From: Flectonema sp. DT1601
Lineage: Eukaryota
Reading direction: 5' to 3'
Length of the DNA: 64,000 nt
NCBI GenBank assembly: GCA_964019425.1
Contig: OZ025784.1
Coordinates: forward strand, 558,001-622,000
Position numbers and translations under genes: made by a program. Position 1 is the stretch's first letter. The number at the start of each line of letters is the position of its first letter. Positions 60,001-64,000 of the stretch are shown here, one piece after another. The notes under the pieces were generated by a model. The model did not search any database, was not told the origin of the DNA, and saw nothing but the letters and a program-made list of their open reading frames with translations.

Positions 60001-63000
60001 CCCACTAAAAAAAACCTTCCTTCCAGCGTAAACAATTTCTTTGAAGGAAACGAAGTTTTTGCTTTCCAAGGAGGAACTGGAGTCCGAACAAAGCCGGTGA
60101 TGATTTCTAAATCAGGGAATACAGCAGTACCAACATCAGTGATGTACAACGAAGAGATGTTTAGGTTTTTTACAGCTAGTTTGACAGTAGTGGTCGTAGA
60201 CGGAATAGAATCAATACCCAACTGAATTGATAATAAACCAATATTATGAATGGTTGGTTTATTAACAAGAATGTACTGCGGTAGTGACGACGGTCCTGTC
60301 AACCCAACATCAAAACTGATGCTACCGTTCGATGATAAAACCACACTAAAGGGACCTGGAGATGAAGCAGGTCCACAGCTTTGAAAAGAAGCTGAATAAC
60401 GGCATCTAAAAGTTGCGTTACCTAGTTCAGTAGTATTCGGAAGTATTGAAATCGACAGCTGTCTATCAATAGCGGCATTTCCTAAATCATCAAAAGCTTT
60501 CACTACAACAGAATACCATTCTGTTGAAGTAGACGTTATAGGTGAATCACTATTTAGAATTATTTTATTAGGATCGACTGATATCTTCGTTGGGATTACA
60601 GTGTTCGTATAAAACACTTTTGTTGTTAAAACAACAGTTCCCGAATAGGCTGAGAACGATATGTCACAACCGGTATTACAATCTGACAACAATCTTAAAT
60701 TAAATGAAGCCATCCCTTCGTAAGAATAAATTATTGTGTTGTATTGATTTGTTGCGAATGACTTGCTTGAATTCGTTGAGCAACTTCCGTAGTTTAACAG
60801 CCCTCCAGTCACCTGTTTTTATTGTTGGTTTGAAATGTTTTTTTTATTTTAAGCAACTAATCATTCACCAGGATAGTTTGCATCACTTTTAATTAAAACA
60901 ATATCAAAAACACACCTGTGCTGAAGCCCTTGAGATGACTACTTCGATGGGAGTTGTCACCGGTGCGATTTTTCTACTTTGCCAACGAAGTTCAACATTC
61001 GCAGTCAGTTCAGCGTTTTGCTCCAATAAAAGTGAATTGTTGAAGAATCGAACTGGACTACCTCCTGAGCCCCAACTCAGTGATGAAGGAGTTCCAAAAA
61101 CTAAATATTTCATCGTAGATTCGATTAAGAGAGTTGTGTAGATTCCCGGCGGAATTCTACCACCAGAACCAGTCCTTCGGTAGTAACACATTCGATAAGA
61201 CCCCTCAGAGAGTGATGTCATGTCTACAACAGCAGTAGACTCTACTAACCCTCCACATGATGTGGTTGATGAATTAGTACATCGAAATACGATATTCGAT
61301 ACGACACTTTGATCACTACAGGATGAAGTAGATGGAACTATTTTTAATAAGTCTGATGGTGATAAGCTTCCAACTGTTTCCATGTCAGAGTTAACACTGC
61401 CATCTGACAAGGATAGTCTTCCTAAGTTTCCAACTGAAACTGAGTTCTTAGAAAATGAAAATGACACCGATATTAAATTATCGACTACGTCAACACCCCC
61501 AACATCACAGACCTGACCAGTCGCCAGTTGTAATTGTTTACTATACCTACCAGGGATAGGTGTTACCATTATAGTAGCCTGGCAAGTATCACTTTGTAGA
61601 TCACATGATACTGAGTAGAGAGGTTCCTGAGCCGTTGGTTCAATCTTTGAAATTCGCAACCCAATCACCATATCAATAAGAGATATGTTGTATAACTGTC
61701 GATCAGAAACAGATACTGAAATAATAAATGTGGACTCGGATCCAGACAGTATCTTGTGTGTGATGTCATTGTTTATATTTGATTGGTGTCGCAAAGGTTG
61801 GATACCACCACTGATTTCAGTTGTTGTTGGAATTATTACAAATTTATTAAAATTTAAATGAGGTGTCCAAACTCCTTTGTCGACACTGTAGCTGATTATT
61901 TCTGCTACGGGTGATGAAAACACTCCTTCTGAAACTTCAATCCATGAGGATGTCTTGAAGCAAACTCTGAATTGTGAAGCAACATTTAGGTTTGGTAATC
62001 TGAACCGAACCCTCATCGCCGACACTCTATTCAACGATGATAGAAGTGTTCCCTTGATACTCTCTCCATCTGAATTACAATACGAGCTTTCTGGTACTAA
62101 CTTAGCACTACCCCAACTAGATAGATCACCTGTATTCGATACCATAATCAAATCAACAGTAAACCCGCTAAGTAAGTGTCCTAAAGAGATGTATGTCAAT
62201 GACGATGGTGGAATTTTTAAAATCTTTTTCGGAACATGCCAACCATTCTCACCATCACTAATACAATATTTATAATGAGAAACACTCCTCGAGGGTGGTA
62301 TTTGTATCCCGAATCTCAGAATGTTCTCAAATCCTAATTCTGTTGTCGATGACGATATCAGTTTCATATCGAAAGAGACTGCTCGCTGTTGATATCCAAA
62401 AACAGCTTCGTCACAACCACTCAAGGAGTTTATTAATCTAACCTTGAGATCAGTATACGAGATCTTATTATCTGGAGTATTTTGAATAAGGAAAATCTTG
62501 TCATGAAATTGACCACCCTCTGGGACATCTTCCATCTGTATGTCGTATCGAGGTGGTGATGTAATTTGGATTACTGTAACAGGTGTCCAGTTATTATTTT
62601 GAACCTTCAAACAAATTGAATAAAATCCAGGCAGGCTTGGTAAATATAAATATCCTTTTGAAAATTTATCACTCTGAGAGTTGAACGATTCAAGCATCAC
62701 ATCAACAGAATCAACGTAAACCTCTGACACTGGATATGAAAAGGTACACAACGTATTATTTGGAACCAGACGAAGAATCGAACCGGTGCCACTTTCAGGA
62801 TTAAACAGCGAATTGTCTATCATCGAATCCCCCAACGCTTCAATATGAATGACCGCGAACATCCCAGCACGAGATTCGTTTAATTCAATTGAAAATGAAT
62901 GAGGTGGTGCAGGATACAAAATACCTGCAGCCATCCAGTTCAAATCCCCATGACGAACGCAGATTCGAACTGGAGGTAGATCAAGAGGTATCGGTATATA

Positions 63001-64000
63001 AGAATACGCCATCGACACATACTCTAAATCAGAATCATATGTTGGGATTATTAAGGATGCTCTCGTTGATCTGTTTGGTAAGAAGACCTCAGCATCACCA
63101 AGATTGAAGTCCGCATGTAAATAAAAACTATCAGCACAGTTGCCATCAACCATTACTAATTTAATTGCTATGGCATTCGCAGATGGAAACCAGCTATCTG
63201 CAGGAGTCGGAAAGGTCGACAGGGCATCGTAGTCAGCTGCGATAGATAAAACACTCTCAGAACCTACAGCCGTGTCGTTTATATTTATTGTAAGGTTTAA
63301 TGTGTTAATCGCTGTCTGTAATGTCTGAGGGATGCGTTCCCAATTTTGATTCTTTCTCTGGTAGCAAATTGCATACCCGCCCACCTCTGGAAGCCTGAGG
63401 TACGCAAATACTGCTGTGAACCCTGTCTCACTCCCCACAACCGATTTGTACGGATCTTGCATCAGATTCGAAAACGCTGCTGCATTATCCCCAGAGTAGT
63501 TTACTGATTGTAAATTTTTAGAAAATCTCCCAAAGCAGGAATCGAACTCGTGCACTAAACGAAGCTTATCTCCGGAAGTTGCTAAATTAGGCAATGTTGA
63601 ATTTACCTTAAGAACGGCAAATGACAAAACTGAATAATCGTTCGAAGGGATCTTCCATGTCAGTTTGTAGTTTTTTTTTGTTACAATCAAAGCGTTCATC
63701 GTGACCCACAACATGTTCTTTTTTGGTAAAAATCTCCAACCTGGAGCATCCTTAAGAACCCTATCATCAGCACCAGAGAAACAAACTGAAAATTCCCCCC
63801 AACTCCCAGGAAGCCGTATACCAAAGATTCCCGCAACTCGATCATAGGTTGAAATATCTGACGCTCTCAAATATGAACCGAATTCCGAATATTGCGTAAA
63901 AGCTTCATCAATGTAATAAGAAGACGCAATGTTACCTGTCAAGGGATGAAGTTCACCAGCACAAAGACTGTTCTTAGGAACTATTTTTATAATGTCAGTC
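54030..64000 (-). CDS. Giant secreted/surface protein (>3180 aa, 5' end outside window) with repeated beta-rich Cys-paired modules and a hydrophobic C-terminus
   Basis: Exons >64000-60916, 60812-58109, 58031-56915, 56847-56691, 56609-55085 and 55006-54030 join in frame, and the frame is still open at 64000. It ends ..SLASSDSCVLMFDAVVLIVLLFIVIV*. Confidence 0.85.

Noticed and set aside
54030..64000. Stop-codon reassignment or frameshifting as the cause of fragmented ORFs
   Set aside because: Every break here is explained by a short GT-AG intron that restores the frame, and TAA, TAG and TGA all serve as stops in the window.

Overview
AT-rich eukaryotic genomic DNA. I can reconstruct 17 protein-coding loci (16 apparently intact, one of them running off the right edge, plus one frameshifted LRR pseudogene), all on the minus strand. 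I resolved 33 short GT-AG introns by hand; 31 are 56-120 nt, one is 174 nt and one is 464 nt. The one-strand gene array, pyrimidine-rich AG sites just upstream of many start codons, and bodonin/DGF-1-like receptors suggest a trans-splicing, intron-rich euglenozoan, most plausibly a diplonemid. That assignment is inference. Recognisable genes are RNA polymerase III subunit RPC8/C25, a Cys-depleted BUD31/G10 protein and a bestrophin. Four things stand out: (1) a spliced 773-aa protein fusing an N-myristoylation-like start, a globin, a PH domain, a CAP-Gly domain and an AGC-type Ser/Thr kinase, a candidate heme/gas-sensing Akt-like kinase; (2) an apparent two-signal splice code in which cis-introns have U-rich 5' halves and A/AAC-rich 3' ends while gene-leading AG acceptors keep conventional pyrimidine tracts; (3) two tandem 7TM receptor paralogues with identical exon structure but unrelated ectodomains; (4) a 1932-aa protein with tandem degenerate ADP-ribosyltransferase-like domains. 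I found no rRNA, tRNA, CRISPR array or intact mobile element. All domain calls are by-eye motif recognition with no database search.
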